The notes beneath the pieces were generated by a model, which was not told where the DNA came from, made no database searches, and saw only the letters and a program-made list of their open reading frames with translations. From an uncultured Nitrospiraceae bacterium (GTDB taxonomy: Bacteria; Nitrospirota; Nitrospiria; Nitrospirales; Nitrospiraceae), in the NCBI GenBank assembly GCA_963846575.1, contig CAWJWJ010000002.1, positions 2,688,001 through 2,752,000 on the forward strand: 64,000 nucleotides of DNA, read 5' to 3'. How positions within the stretch are numbered: the first letter of the stretch is position 1; every line of letters starts with the position of its first letter. A program made the translations under genes and the position numbers. Shown in pieces: positions 32,244 to 43,128 of this stretch.

Positions 32244-32926
32244 ATGAGTGACAAGGGTTTACAACAAGTTACAGATTCCGTGTCCTATATAGGACACGCT
32301 CCTGAGCCTACCAGACTGACCCCCAAAGAAGAGGCGTTTTGCATCGCTGTGTTGTCGGGGCAAAATCCCTCTGACGCATATCGAGCTGCATATGCACCGC
32401 AGCGTGCGAAGGCCAAAACCATCCATGAAATGTCGTCACGCCTGATGGCGAAGCCCAAGGTTCGCGCAAGGATCGAGATGCTAATGCAGCCGGTGATTGA
32501 ACGAGCGCAACTGACCCGCGAAGAATGGTTGGGGGGGCTGGCGCGTATTTGTCTGGCCGATATACGCAAGATGTTCGACGATCACGGCAATCCCATCGCG
32601 ATCACCAAATTTACTGATAATGAAGCGGCGGCGATCGCAGGCTTCGAGGTATATAGTGATCGGGCACCAAGTAGAAACGTGTCGGAGGTAGGCGGCCGAA
32701 CGGTAAGAGTCAGGATGGTCGATCAATTGAAGGCGCTCGAAATGTATGGCAAGGCCATGGGGTACTTTGCGGAGCAGAATCACGGGTGTTACGGAGGGAC
32801 CCGCCGAACATCACGGTGGAATTTGTGGACCCCGCCGACCAGCTTCCGCATCTCGAACGGGAAATACCCATTCTTGACCAGACAAGGACCGTCGTCGCCG
32901 GTGGTGATACTGCACTTAGCTACTAA
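32244..32926 (+). pseudogene. Phage terminase small subunit, probable C-terminal frameshift
   Basis: LTPKEEAFC...SDAYRAAY...SRLM.KPKVRARI...ADIRKMFD...DQLKALEMYGK; NITVEFVD lies in another frame. Confidence 0.75.
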
Positions 32927-33386
32927 ACTATCGCTGCGTGGTTTCTACCGCAGGAGGGTTCGAGGCATTCACGACCTTGCGAGCGCCCCAGCGGAGCGGC
33001 TCAGGATCAGGATGCAGATCAATGCGAGGCGTGGAAAGAAGGACGAGGGGTGTATGAAGAGGTCCTCTGGGACGATCAGGGCCATGGTTCCACTCACGTT
33101 TTCCAACCCGTAGCGAAGCGTGCACGAGGTGCCGGTCCAGCACCTCGACGCTCGTATGCTGCCTTCCAACGTGCACGCCCAATTCTAGCCATCTGCCGAA
33201 GCGTACCCACATGAATGAATCCCTCTGATTTGGTGCCAGTCGCTGCTGACGGTGAGGTAGTGTAACCCTTTTCATGTGCCATGAATACCATTGGGCCAGC
33301 CTCCGCGCCTCATGGTGATGGCTTCGTGGGAGCGTTCACGGGTGCGTCGCTCGGGCCCCGGACCCTGGCATCCTGATGCGAGGCCT

Positions 33387-34760
33387 TCAGGCGACCCTCG
33401 CAGGGAGATCAGGTAGGCCTGCTGGGTCTCCCTTGAACATCGTCTCGCTTGATGACGGGGGACATGTCAGTCCGACGCCAGACGGGTGGCGTCCCTGCCG
33501 ACCGAAGCACGGGGCACGTCGGATCAATTCGGTCCCCGCTACGACGGCGAGCGCGCCAAGGCAGGTAGAGACGGTGACGGCCTCGCTCAACCACATATAG
33601 GCCAAGCCAATGGTGCAGATCGGAATGAGATTGTGGTACGCCCCCACCACGGCTGGCGAGAGCGATTGCAGCGCCCGAGAGCGCAACAAGAAGACCCCAG
33701 CGGTGGCGGTGCCGATGAAGAAGAGCAAGCCATACACCATAGCGGACAGATCACGCAGGGGGAACGTGCCGTGGGCCGCCTCGCCCGCCAGGAGGACGAA
33801 TGAGGCCGTGCCAAACATCATCGTATTTGCCGTCCAGACGCCCACTCGCTTGATGGTATTCGGACTCACCACGAGATAGCAGGACATCATCAACGTAAAC
33901 AGCAAGATCAGGACATCTCCCACGCCCCACCCCTTGCCTGAGACGGTGGGGCTGGCTAGGACGGCCAGCAGACAGCCAGCCCAAGACAGGAGCAGGCCAG
34001 TCACACTCGCGACAGTGGCGTGGTCCCTGCCACGCGCGATGCTCAGCATCGTCGTAAAGGTGGGCAGCAAGCTATAGATAATGGCGAAATGCGTGACGCT
34101 CGTATAGACCAGCCCCCACGCGGCGATGGGGTACCCGCCGACGCCCAGCAGTCCTAAGAGCGTCAGCTTTCCCACCTCGCGCGGGGTCAGCGATCGAAGA
34201 CCCGGTAAATCAAACCAGACCGTGATCCCCGCCAGAAACAGAAATCCAATGGCGACCCGGCTCGTCGCCAGTTCCAAAAAATCAACGGCACTATGCTGGA
34301 GCGTATATTTGATCGCTGGCGTAATGGCACTGACGAGCACGATCACGCCGCAGAGGCAAAGGAGGGGCACCAGGTGACTCACCGGATGCGACGTAATCCG
34401 AGGTGTCCTGTGTTGGGGCTCGTGATCCACCACGACCGTGTCCGTGATATTGACGGTGATTACATCCTCAATGAACTGCGAAAGCCGCGCCCGGTGTTCG
34501 GTCGACATGTCGACGATCTGTGTCCCCACGCCCGACGGATGAAGATGCGTCACAACCACGCGGCACTCGATGTTGTCGTGGGCACCCAGAGCACAGGTCA
34601 GGTGCACGACGTCGCCCACCAGGACGGACAGCGCGTCTGTCTGAAGACGGAATCCCTCTTCGGTAAAATCTAAGACCCGGCATTCCGTGGTGTGGCCATG
34701 ATCACTCACCAGACCGAGGCGTTCGATGGCGATCCGAGACTGATGACGCAGTGAGTGCAT
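33387..34760 (-). CDS. PilZ domain fused to EamA/DMT transporter
   Basis: RHQSR and DFTEEG motifs, then ~10 TM EamA repeats. Confidence 0.8.
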   Translation of the reverse strand: MHSLRHQSRIAIERLGLVSDHGHTTECRVLDFTEEGFRLQTDALSVLVGDVVHLTCALGAHDNIECRVVVTHLHPSGVGTQIVDMSTEHRARLSQFIEDVITVNITDTVVVDHEPQHRTPRITSHPVSHLVPLLCLCGVIVLVSAITPAIKYTLQHSAVDFLELATSRVAIGFLFLAGITVWFDLPGLRSLTPREVGKLTLLGLLGVGGYPIAAWGLVYTSVTHFAIIYSLLPTFTTMLSIARGRDHATVASVTGLLLSWAGCLLAVLASPTVSGKGWGVGDVLILLFTLMMSCYLVVSPNTIKRVGVWTANTMMFGTASFVLLAGEAAHGTFPLRDLSAMVYGLLFFIGTATAGVFLLRSRALQSLSPAVVGAYHNLIPICTIGLAYMWLSEAVTVSTCLGALAVVAGTELIRRAPCFGRQGRHPSGVGLTCPPSSSETMFKGDPAGLPDLPARVA

Positions 34761-35332
34761 CGTGTGGTTCCTTCATGGAGATTGGTCAACAAGGCATCGG
34801 CGTGGCCGATGTCGACTGTGTGAGCCCGGCTGTGGGGAAGAGGGTTACAAAGGGGGAGAGTCCGCCCTGGCGCCCGTCCGTCCGCAGTGGCGGTGTCCGT
34901 TACTGGGTCACCCTATCACGAGTCGACGAGGCGTCAAGCATCCTTCACATTCGCGCATCCGAACGGTTCAGATAGGGTCGCACAGGCCTTAATCGCCTCC
35001 GCGTCGGTGCACTCGTGCCGAATGGAATGGAGGAAGACCCTCGCGAGGTAAGAGTCGATGAGTGACAGGCGGCAGCAGTACAGACTGAGATTCCTATTCA
35101 TCTGCCCCCAATACTAGCTGGTGAGAAGTGCGGGAAGGATGGCGTGGCGACGACCGCCGTGGGAATTGCAGCCTTGACAGCAAGACAAGGGTCCGTTCTG
35201 GCGGGGGTCAGACGGTTGGCCGAGGACCACACTTGCCCCTCGGGCAATGTCTGCTACCTTTAATAGGTGTGTCGGCCACTCTAACTATGTAGTCCTAGTG
35301 CTCCGAACGTAATTAGTCAAACGAGGTTTCTT

Positions 35333-35752
35333 ATGAAGATGCACCCGATCGCGTTCGGAATGCTCTTTCTCGTGCTCTCTCAGGCAGGATGCTCGGTGTA
35401 TAAGGCTGCGTCTCAACCAGGGCCAGCAGATGTTACAGGAATAGGCGTAGGAACTCGGCGTACTGAGGTCATTACGCGCCTCGGCGCCCCAAAATTTTCT
35501 GACACCGATCCGAGCGGGCAGAAACAAGACACGTTCGAGTTTCAATCTGGGTTTCACCAGGCGTCAAAAGCGAGAGTGATCCTGTATCTCGCGGCCGATG
35601 TCTTTACTCTCTGTTTGGCCGAAATCATTCTCTGGCCGGTTGAACTCACGGTCATGGAGCGTGCAAGTTGTGTCGCGGTGGCTACCTACGACCCTACCCA
35701 GAAAGTAGAGTCCTTTGCCCTGACGCAGAAGGACGGAGTTCAGGGATGCTGA
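35333..35752 (+). CDS. Lipoprotein (SmpA/OmlA-like start)
   Basis: Lipobox QAGC; GTRRTEVITRLGAP. Confidence 0.7.
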   Translation: MKMHPIAFGMLFLVLSQAGCSVYKAASQPGPADVTGIGVGTRRTEVITRLGAPKFSDTDPSGQKQDTFEFQSGFHQASKARVILYLAADVFTLCLAEIILWPVELTVMERASCVAVATYDPTQKVESFALTQKDGVQGC

Positions 35753-36242
35753 ACAGTGATGAGTTTTTTGAAGTACGTCGTCAATATTTCTGAAGGCTCG
35801 CTCGAACATAGGGATGTCCTCAAGCCCAATAGCCACGTATGAGTCGGGCGGAGAATAGGCGTTTCGTTTCACAAAAAACCAGCCAACCAGTGGGGAACTA
35901 TGAGCGATATTCCTCACTTAGGAACCCACACGTTCGGGCTGGATGATGTTGGACTCACAATCACGTAAAAATCTTGCGACCCGCTGTACCAGGCAAGGTT
36001 GTGATTCACTCATCTCCGCCATGGCTGTGCACATCCAAGTTGCCTCCCCGTCTGTATTCTCTAACAACACGCCGATGTAACATAGTGTGTCAGCTTGTCA
36101 TTGAGCGGGAGCACTCATCTGCCTGACCCAGCCTGAGATACCAATAGGCAGCCGTCTCGGTCACCATTCAAAGTCCCGCCGCTCCGGTTGCCCGGGCAAT
36201 CAGTCGATGAACGCATAAGCGTACTTCAGGACAGGATTCTCC

Positions 36243-37488
36243 TTGGCGAATTTTGCCTCAGAGATGGAAAGAAAAAAAACCAAACAGCGCACGTATGACG
36301 CGATGTCTCGTAAGGCCCGTGCAGGGCACGTCACGGGCGGAAAAACCTATGGGTACGACAACAAGGAAGTGTCTGCTGCTGGGCGCCACCTGCACGTAGT
36401 GCGGATTGTCAACCATCAGGAAGCGGCGATCGTCTCTCAGATATTTGAGATGTATGCAGGCGGGCTTGGCATTTCACGCATTGCCAAGCGACTCAATGAG
36501 GAAGGCGTTCCTGCGCCCCGAAAAAGCCCACGAGGCTGGGCGCCAAGTGCGGTGCGCGAAATGGTGCGTCGGCCTATCTACAAAGGGGAGATCGTATGGA
36601 ACGAACTCCAAAAAATTGATCGAGGGGGCACCAAGAAACGCCGCCTTCGGGATGAGAAGGATTTGGTACGAGTGGACGCGCCTGACCTCCGCATTATCAC
36701 TCCTGAGTTATGGGAGAAGGTGCAGCGCCGTCTGACGAAGACTAAAGGAAAAGGTCGATGTCCCAAATAGGGATCAAGACTCCAAGTATCTGCTGACGGG
36801 CATGGCGCGTTGCGCGCATTGTGGTGGCCCGATGACTATCGTAGGAGCTGATTATCATCGACGGAAAGGTCGCTTTTACGGATGCAGTTATTACAAATCA
36901 CGCGGCTCATCAATTTGCGCCAACTCACTGCTGGTCGAGCAGGAGTTACTCGACCAGATCGTCCTGAAATCGATTGAAGAGGCACTTACAGAGGAAATGC
37001 TCAAGGTGGCTATTGAAAAGGCTCTGGCGAAACATCGGGCTCTGGCGAGCGACCAACTGGGGCATCGAACTAGGATCGAGCGGGAACTCTCACTCATTGA
37101 GGCTCACCTGAACAATTTGGTGGACTCCGTCGCTAACGGAAGAAAGGAGGCTTCCCTGTTCGAGCGGATCGCAAATGAGGAATCGCGGAAACGTACCTTG
37201 ATTGCAGAATTGGAACGTCTCACGCTTCTACAGCCAATTGCGTCCATCAGTGACGCTCGGCTCAAACGCGAACTGAAAGCCAAGTTCGCAGAGATGCGGG
37301 GAATTCTCGGGCGCCACATAACATCCGCAAGGCAACTGCTTCGCATTCTGATTCAAGAACCGCTGCGCTTGGAGGCCGTGCCGACCAAGGCAGGAAAGAA
37401 TTATCGCGTGATTGGCAGGGGGAGCTATCTGCCGGTTCTGACCGATTCTGCCCGCTCCGTGGTAAATGGTGTCCCCAACGGGATTTGA
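36243..37488 (+). pseudogene. Large serine recombinase/integrase lacking its catalytic N-terminus, frameshifted near 36765
   Basis: ASEMER...GGKTYGY...IAKRLN.EG...IITPELWEKVQ; YLLTGMARCAHCGG zinc ribbon; coiled coil. Confidence 0.9.
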
Positions 37489-37544
37489 ACCCGTGTTACT
37501 GCCTTGAAAGGGCAATGTCCTAGGCCAGGCTAGACGATGGGGAC
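37467..37544 (-). tRNA. tRNA-Glu (anticodon TTC), encoded CCA
   Basis: gtccccatcgtctagcctggcctaggacattgccctttcaaggcagtaacacgggttcaaatcccgttggggacacca cloverleaf. Confidence 0.97.
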
Positions 37545-37706
37545 GTAGAGGTTCGTTCGAGCGGTTGATTCATATCATACTTGATCGAGGAGTGTCACTA
37601 GTTTGAATATCACGGTCATATAATAGGTTTCCACCCGGGACGTTGAGCGCGAGTACCGTCTGGGAAGCGATTGACGACCAGACCTCGAGCACAGTACTCT
37701 GCACTT

Positions 37707-39674
37707 ATGGATCCACGTTTAGATTTCGAAGGCGAGCGCCGCCCATCGTTACCACAAACTGAAGAGTCCGGCCCGTCCAGCGGCAGTCCGCTCACGGCGG
37801 AAGACCTGTACCTCTTCAATGAAGGCTCACATTTTCATCTCTATGAGAAACTGGGCGCACACCCCATGACGGTGCAAGGGGTTGCGGGTACCCATTTTGC
37901 CGTCTGGGCTCCGGCGGCTGAACGGGTCTCGGTCTTCGGGACGTTCAATCATTGGGATCCCTCTCGTCACCCGCTTCGACCTCGCCAGTCTTCAGGCATC
38001 TGGGAAGGCTTCATCCCCGGGGTGGAGATCGGGGCGCTGTACAAATTTCACATCCGATCTCACCATCACGGTGCGGAACTCATTAAAACCGATCCTTTTG
38101 CCCGGTTGAACGAAGTTCCGCCGAAAACCGCTTCAGTCGTCTGGACAATCGATTACACATGGGACGACGATGCGTGGATGCGGAATCGCGGCCGGCGTAA
38201 TGCGCTGAACGCCCCGATCAGCATTTACGAGGTGCATCTTGGTTCTTGGATGCGGGTGCCCGGCGAGGGCAATCGCTCCCTCAACTATCGCGAAGCGGCG
38301 CCAAAGCTCATCGATTACGTCCACCGGCTGGGCTTCACGCATGTGGAATTTCTTCCTCTGATGGACCATCCCTTCTTTGGGTCCTGGGGCTATCAGACGA
38401 CGGGGTATTTTGCACCCTCCGGCAACTATGGTACCCCGCAGGACCTCATGTATCTGATTGATCAGCTCCATCAGCACGACATCGGGGTAATTCTGGACTG
38501 GGTGCCCTCTCATTTTCCGACCGACGCCCACGGCCTGAGTCGATTCGACGGCAGCCATCTCTTCGAACATGCAGATCCGCGGCAGGGCCATCATCCCGAC
38601 TGGGACACCGCAGTGTTCAACTACAGTCGCAATGAGGTCCGCAGTTTCCTCATCAGTAGCGCGCTCTTCTGGCTCGAACAGTATCATGCGGATGGCCTCC
38701 GAGTGGACGCTGTCGCCTCCATGTTGTACCTGGATTATTCACGGAAAGAAGGCGAGTGGGTTCCCAACCGGTATGGCGGCCGAGAGAATCTCGAGGCGAT
38801 CGCATTTCTGCGGCAACTCAATGAGGAAATCTATCGACGGCATCCGGACGTGCAAACCTTCGCGGAGGAATCCACCTCCTGGCCTTCGGTGTCACGCCCG
38901 ACCTATGCGGGAGGATTGGGCTTCGGCATGAAGTGGGATATGGGCTGGATGCATGACACACTGGAATACATGGCGCTTGATCCCGTGTATCGAAAACATC
39001 ACCATCGCAATCTGACCTTCCGCATGCTCTATGCCTTTCAAGAAAATTTTTTACTTCCCCTCTCTCACGATGAGGTGGTCCACGGAAAGGGCTCGCTCCT
39101 GCGGAGGATGCCTGGCGACGATTGGCAGAAGTTCGCCAATCTCCGAATGCTCTTCGGATACATGTATGCCCAAGCAGCCAAAAAACTCATCTTCATGGGG
39201 GGCGAGATCGGACAATGGCGTGAGTGGGCGCATGACGATAGCCTTGACTGGAACCTGCTCGAATATCCACCTCATCAAGGACTGCAGCAATGGGTCGCTG
39301 ACCTCAACCGTTTGTACCGTACTGAATCGGCGCTCCATGAACTCGATTTCGATCCTCGAGGCTTCGAATGGATTGACTGCCAGGATGTCGACGCCGGCGT
39401 GATCAGTCTGTTGCGCCATGGCCATCCCCCTCAGCAGACCATCGCCGTCGTCTGTAACTTTACGCCCGTTCCTCGACTGCATTATCGCATCGGGGTCCCC
39501 GAAGGCGGGTACTGGAAAGAACTGCTGAACAGCGATGCATCGATGTACGGCGGCAGCGGGTCTGGCAATCTCGGTGGTGTGGTGGCAGAGGCTGTGCCAA
39601 CGCATGGCCGCTCTCACTGCCTGTCACTGACTCTGCCTCCCTTGGCCGTGCTCTTCTTCAAACCTATCCCGTAG
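37707..39674 (+). CDS. glgB: 1,4-alpha-glucan branching enzyme
   Basis: [55 protein letters not shown]. Confidence 0.97.
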   Translation: MDPRLDFEGERRPSLPQTEESGPSSGSPLTAEDLYLFNEGSHFHLYEKLGAHPMTVQGVAGTHFAVWAPAAERVSVFGTFNHWDPSRHPLRPRQSSGIWEGFIPGVEIGALYKFHIRSHHHGAELIKTDPFARLNEVPPKTASVVWTIDYTWDDDAWMRNRGRRNALNAPISIYEVHLGSWMRVPGEGNRSLNYREAAPKLIDYVHRLGFTHVEFLPLMDHPFFGSWGYQTTGYFAPSGNYGTPQDLMYLIDQLHQHDIGVILDWVPSHFPTDAHGLSRFDGSHLFEHADPRQGHHPDWDTAVFNYSRNEVRSFLISSALFWLEQYHADGLRVDAVASMLYLDYSRKEGEWVPNRYGGRENLEAIAFLRQLNEEIYRRHPDVQTFAEESTSWPSVSRPTYAGGLGFGMKWDMGWMHDTLEYMALDPVYRKHHHRNLTFRMLYAFQENFLLPLSHDEVVHGKGSLLRRMPGDDWQKFANLRMLFGYMYAQAAKKLIFMGGEIGQWREWAHDDSLDWNLLEYPPHQGLQQWVADLNRLYRTESALHELDFDPRGFEWIDCQDVDAGVISLLRHGHPPQQTIAVVCNFTPVPRLHYRIGVPEGGYWKELLNSDASMYGGSGSGNLGGVVAEAVPTHGRSHCLSLTLPPLAVLFFKPIP

Positions 39675-39763
39675 ACGCAGACAAGGGCCGTGTTGTCGGA
39701 CATGGGAAAGGCCCCCGCCTCCGATCCTGACGCCGAGCTACCCACGTCAGGGCATACAAGGAG

Positions 39764-40255
39764 ATGAAGATCATGACCCGCTCACAAGCACTCTCGGCAT
39801 GGCAGGGTCTCTTGCTGTTCTTCCTCTGCCTCACGGTGGTCCATTGTTCGCACGACATCCATGAAAAGCGCGCGGACACCATCAAAGATCATGTCGAATC
39901 CTTCTATAACCACTTGAAACATGATCGAGTAGCGGCCGCGGTCCGTGACAACGAAGCCATCGAACACCTGTCGGCCCAATTGGGCGACATCATTGCCCGG
40001 CGGGTCAATCAGCCCGGAACCAACCAAGTCGATCGTGAATGGACCGATTTACGAACGGCTAATGAAACTGCAGCCCAAAACTGGCTGGCCTTGGGCCAAT
40101 ATCTCTCGATCAAGAAGCAGTACTCTCAAGCAAGAGCCACCTATCGGCGAGTCATCGATACCTACACAGGGCCGACAGAACGCACCTATCGAGACCAGGC
40201 TACGCGGGCCATCCGGGACTTGGATATCCTCAATCCTACACCTGCCGTTCCATAG
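39764..40255 (+). CDS. Exported TPR-like protein
   Basis: Signal/lipobox-like N-terminus; helical TPR-like C-terminus. Confidence 0.65.
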   Translation: MKIMTRSQALSAWQGLLLFFLCLTVVHCSHDIHEKRADTIKDHVESFYNHLKHDRVAAAVRDNEAIEHLSAQLGDIIARRVNQPGTNQVDREWTDLRTANETAAQNWLALGQYLSIKKQYSQARATYRRVIDTYTGPTERTYRDQATRAIRDLDILNPTPAVP

Positions 40256-40270
40256 CGGGAGGACGAAGCC

Positions 40271-40831
40271 TTGTTGAAGACGCTGACTCGTCGGTATCGA
40301 TCGCTGTGCCTGTTGCTTGGACTCAGCCTCCTCGGAACCGGATGCGTCCATCGAATACATGTCACTCCTCCGTCGGGAGACACGGCCACCTCGACCCTCC
40401 CCGTCCGCGTGCAGCTCGAAATGCCGTTCCTCGCCATCGAGGGTGCCGACCACATGCCCGGCGTACCGCTGTTGGAATGGCCGGTAACAGATCTTCGCCA
40501 AACCACGATGGACTATTTCAGCCAACGCCAAACCTTTTCGGCGATCGGTACGGAACCTGCCGAGCTAAGACTGGTCGTCAAAGCCTGGTTTATCCTTCGA
40601 GCGCCTGATCGTTATCTATATACGGTCCACTTGGAATCTGACTTTTCATTCTCAGGCCAGGCGCCTTTCAAAACCTATGTGGCCGAGGGATCGGCTCTGG
40701 GATCGTCAGTTCGATGGGTCACCGCCTCCGATCAGGAGCCAATCTTGGAAGCCACGGCTCAAGCACTTCGCAGCCTGGCCTCACAGATTGAGCAAGATCG
40801 CGACCTGATCATGAAACGCAAAACCCCCTAG
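40271..40831 (+). CDS. Lipoprotein, unknown function
   Basis: Lipobox GTGC; RBS ggagg. Confidence 0.7.
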   Translation: MLKTLTRRYRSLCLLLGLSLLGTGCVHRIHVTPPSGDTATSTLPVRVQLEMPFLAIEGADHMPGVPLLEWPVTDLRQTTMDYFSQRQTFSAIGTEPAELRLVVKAWFILRAPDRYLYTVHLESDFSFSGQAPFKTYVAEGSALGSSVRWVTASDQEPILEATAQALRSLASQIEQDRDLIMKRKTP

Positions 40832-41092
40832 GGATCTCGCTTGTCCGTCTCGCGAGTCTCGACTCTCCCGCCACTGTCATCAACTTCTACATACACGGCG
40901 GCATGCTCATGGGCCAACATCAGGATAGGCCCAAGCGAGCACGTATTCATTCGGATACGGCTTCGTATCGTTTCTAATACACGTATAGCGCTTCGCCCTC
41001 TCGTCTCGGCTTTCCTTAACCTCTGCCTGAGGCCAATGGGAAGTTATTTGTCCCGGACAACACACAACTGTTTGCTCATTTGTACCCAATGC

Positions 41093-41108
41093 TGGCATTA
41101 ACATTGCT
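41093..41108 (+). promoter_or_regulatory. Putative sigma-54 -24/-12 promoter
   Basis: TGGCATTAACATTGCT (GG-N10-GC) upstream of the DUF2235 gene. Confidence 0.55.
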
Positions 41109-41181
41109 TGATGCTAGCCACGTGCGGGCTAATGACGTGGTTGACTGAATTCAACTTACGCATCTCGGGCCACAAGGGGCA

Positions 41182-42417
41182 TTGATAGACGGGAGGCTCC
41201 CCACTCACGGAGACCAAGATATTGTGTCCAAACGGCTGATTCTATGTTTCGACGGGATGTGGGACCTGCCTCCAGAGCCTGTGATAACTCGGGGACCATC
41301 GAACATTCTGCCTCCGTACGCATCGTGCGACTTACAGAGTGTTGCTTCACCCGAAACCAATGTGCTCAAGCTGTATCGATCGATCACCCCGCACGGCCAG
41401 GATGGACGAACCCAACAAAAATGGTACGTATCCGACTCAGGAGCACCCTGGTTTCGTCGCTTTCGCCCGGAACCATTTGGCTATGGCTTGGACCAGACAA
41501 TTCTTGAAGCCCACGCCTATCTAGCCGTAACCTATGAACCGGGCGATCAGGTCTTTATCTATGGATTCAGCCGGGGCGCGTACGTTGCGCGGTCTCTCGT
41601 CGGCTGGCTCTCTTGCTCGGGATTACTTTCTTCGACCTGGTTGGATCCTGACTGCGTCAGCCGCGTACGGAGCGCCATTGCGGCGGACGATCATCAGCAC
41701 AGACCCCAAGAGTTTGCAGAATGCCTCACTGACTTGGTCCTTGCCCCCTCCAAACACTCGATCGACGATTCGTATCGCCTCTATCGTAATCTCCACAATG
41801 ACGCCCACACTTTGGGGTACGAGGCGATTCGACGACGGGGCACTCAGGACATACAGATTGCGGTTCTTGGTCTGTGGGATACCGTCGGACCCTTGGGAAT
41901 TCCGACGGCAGCACTGAAGTGGCTCAATGACCGCCGCTACAACTTTCACGATACGGAACTCAGCGCCATCGTTAAGCGGGCCTATCATGCCCTCGCGCTC
42001 GACGAGCACCGTGTGGATTACAACGCCACGCTTTGGACATCCCCTGCCCTCCCTGGACAGTCCATCGAGCAATGCTGGTTCGTCGGCGCACATGGAGATG
42101 TGGGCGGTAGTTATCAGGAGCAGGAACTGGCCGGAATCCCGCTCTTATGGATCCAACGGAAGTCGTTCGAGGCAGGACTTTCAATCGAGGGAGCAGCGAT
42201 GCAGAAGGAGCAGGACCCGTTCGGTCCGTTACACGACTCCTTCGTCGAATACTTGGGCAGCTTTCGAAAGTGGTTTCATTCTCGATTCTATAGGCCGGTC
42301 ATGCAGACCGGTACGAATACCGAAACTCTGGACGGGTCGATACGGATTCGATTGTTGAATAATCCGGAGTACCGACCGAACAATGAGGGTCTTAAAAGCG
42401 CCATCACTTTCCGGTGA
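41182..42417 (+). CDS. DUF2235 (Tle1-like) alpha/beta hydrolase
   Basis: LCFDG, GFSRGAY.ARSL, WDTVG, HALALDEHR, WFVGAHGDVGG. Confidence 0.88.
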   Translation: MIDGRLPTHGDQDIVSKRLILCFDGMWDLPPEPVITRGPSNILPPYASCDLQSVASPETNVLKLYRSITPHGQDGRTQQKWYVSDSGAPWFRRFRPEPFGYGLDQTILEAHAYLAVTYEPGDQVFIYGFSRGAYVARSLVGWLSCSGLLSSTWLDPDCVSRVRSAIAADDHQHRPQEFAECLTDLVLAPSKHSIDDSYRLYRNLHNDAHTLGYEAIRRRGTQDIQIAVLGLWDTVGPLGIPTAALKWLNDRRYNFHDTELSAIVKRAYHALALDEHRVDYNATLWTSPALPGQSIEQCWFVGAHGDVGGSYQEQELAGIPLLWIQRKSFEAGLSIEGAAMQKEQDPFGPLHDSFVEYLGSFRKWFHSRFYRPVMQTGTNTETLDGSIRIRLLNNPEYRPNNEGLKSAITFR

Positions 42418-42765
42418 TTTGCAAGTGTGTATGCCCAGATAAACCGTCCGTGGAGCACAAGAGCGAATCAAATCCCGCAACAGTTTTTGGTCACTCGCTG
42501 ACGCGGCCTTGTCGTCTCATAAACATCCGTTGCGCGTGACCACTTGCCTGGTCCGCTCATTACGCAGGGCATAGGCCAGCCCGTTCACCAACCAGCCTCA
42601 GGCTGTGGTCGTTCCGTGGAAGAAGTCCGTCGATTCACTTCCATAGCCCGCGAGAGAGCAACCCTCCGTCCGCAGTACCCACTATGCAGGCTATTTGATA
42701 GGTCACGAAGACGGTACTCTTCCGCGAGCTCATTTCCAACCTGAAGTTACGATCGGGAGGTGGAT

Positions 42766-43128
42766 ATGTCACGCCGCGCAGAACCCGCCTTTATCGTCCA
42801 CTGCGCCCTTTCACATCTTGCCGTGGGCAATGCGGACGCCGGCAGAATCATTGACACCCGCGTCGCCTACGGTTCGCACAGCACCTCGGAAAGTCTCATC
42901 GACGGAGATCATCTGGCGCTCAGACTGAGCGTTCCGGAGCACTGCAGACCGATATCAGTGAGATTGGCGAAGGTGAACTGGGTGCAGGGCAATCGATTCG
43001 AGGTACAGCTTCTGATGATGGACGCGGACGAACGGCTTCGCCTAAGTCAATTCTTCGACCAACTATCTCCCTTGGAGCTGGAGTCTCGCGAGAGCCGATC
43101 AGCACTGATCATTACAGCGGTGGAATAA
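42766..43128 (+). CDS. PilZ domain protein
   Basis: RAEPAF...GRIID...LAKVNWVQGNRF; c-di-GMP motifs degenerate. Confidence 0.65.
   Translation: MSRRAEPAFIVHCALSHLAVGNADAGRIIDTRVAYGSHSTSESLIDGDHLALRLSVPEHCRPISVRLAKVNWVQGNRFEVQLLMMDADERLRLSQFFDQLSPLELESRESRSALIITAVE

Larger units (their letters stand above)
31065..37481. mobile_element. Decayed integrative element (~6.4 kb) at tRNA-Glu
   Basis: 15-bp direct repeats, serine recombinase abutting the tRNA, terminase small subunit. Confidence 0.8.

Noticed and set aside
36755..36802. Programmed frameshift joining the two recombinase ORFs (cccaaatag)
   Set aside because: It needs a +1 shift, not the -1 that this heptamer would imply, and the catalytic domain is missing anyway; simple decay is more likely.
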